Source: Raillietiella orientalis (lineage: Eukaryota). Taken from it: a stretch of 64,000 nucleotides of DNA. This document shows, one piece after another, positions 63,701 through 64,000 of this stretch. The notes beneath the pieces are model-generated. The model was not told the DNA's origin, searched no databases, and saw only the letters and a list, made by a program, of their open reading frames with translations. The stretch is from contig JAYWIR010000105.1 of the NCBI GenBank assembly GCA_036172245.1, positions 62,001 to 126,000 on the forward strand. Reading direction: 5' to 3'. The stretch's first letter is position 1; every line of letters begins with the position of its first letter. A program made the position numbers and the translations under genes.

Positions 63701-64000
63701 CTTCATGAAGAGGCTCAAAAGTGCAATGGTGAAATCTTCTGTTTTCTAATTTCTTACAGATCCGCAAAAGCTGCAAATTTGGACCACATAATGATTGAGA
63801 GCGAAGGAGAATATTCCATTTGTAAGTCCGACACTGGTTACAATGAAAACAACACAGAATCCAAAGTGCCACGCCCTAATGAAACTTCGAACTTTTCTTA
63901 ATTATCCTCTGAAAGCAGAGATTGGAAGCGCTTAAGGCTCTCCATGAAAAAGATTTGCCACTCACTGCAAAAGGATGCTTCGTGAAGAGGTGCAAAAGTG
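48800..64000. repeat. Satellite DNA, ~276-277 bp monomer, ~55 copies, continues past the window end
   Basis: Recurring TTAATCATCCTCTGAAAGC..GCAATGGTGAAATC..GGTTACCATGAAAACAAGACAGAG; homologous small ORFs spaced 277 bp (54018/54295, 57057/57334, 58440/58717). Confidence 0.98.

Noticed and set aside
48800..64000. Repeated 67-90 aa ORFs (MLREEVQKCNGEIF..) as a tandem gene family
   Set aside because: By-product of the satellite monomer; many monomers have stops or indels and there is no sign of codon-level constraint
48800..64000. CRISPR array or CENP-B box
   Set aside because: No unique spacers and the unit is far too long; CTTCGTGAAGAGG lacks the A and CGGG positions of the CENP-B box

Overview
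Eukaryotic repeat-dense window in three parts. (1) 1-15.4 kb and 27-48.8 kb: a nested cluster of about 17 copies or fragments of one L1/Tx1-type non-LTR retrotransposon group (ORF1 with two CCHC knuckles; ORF2 = APE endonuclease + RT with YADD + C-terminal CxxC..H..C) from several divergent subfamilies, labelled L-a to L-q here. (2) 17.0-25.3 kb: an inverted duplication with ~3.5-3.8 kb arms carrying a decayed, short-intron, unidentified gene. (3) 48.8-64 kb: a ~276-277 bp satellite with higher-order repeats. The main signal is the behaviour of the LINEs. All 11 visible 3' ends stop at the same poly(A)-less terminus (AATAAA..CCCGG-N5-CCGGGTG-NNAA), and every one lands in another family member. 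Nine of 11 are antisense in the 5' third of ORF2, and two pairs of related lineages independently hit the same nucleotide in divergent hosts. The 3' UTRs share a covarying stem-loop, and the endonuclease appears to lack the usual target-reading loop. The organism cannot be determined. All alignments were done by eye, so coordinates and identities are approximate.
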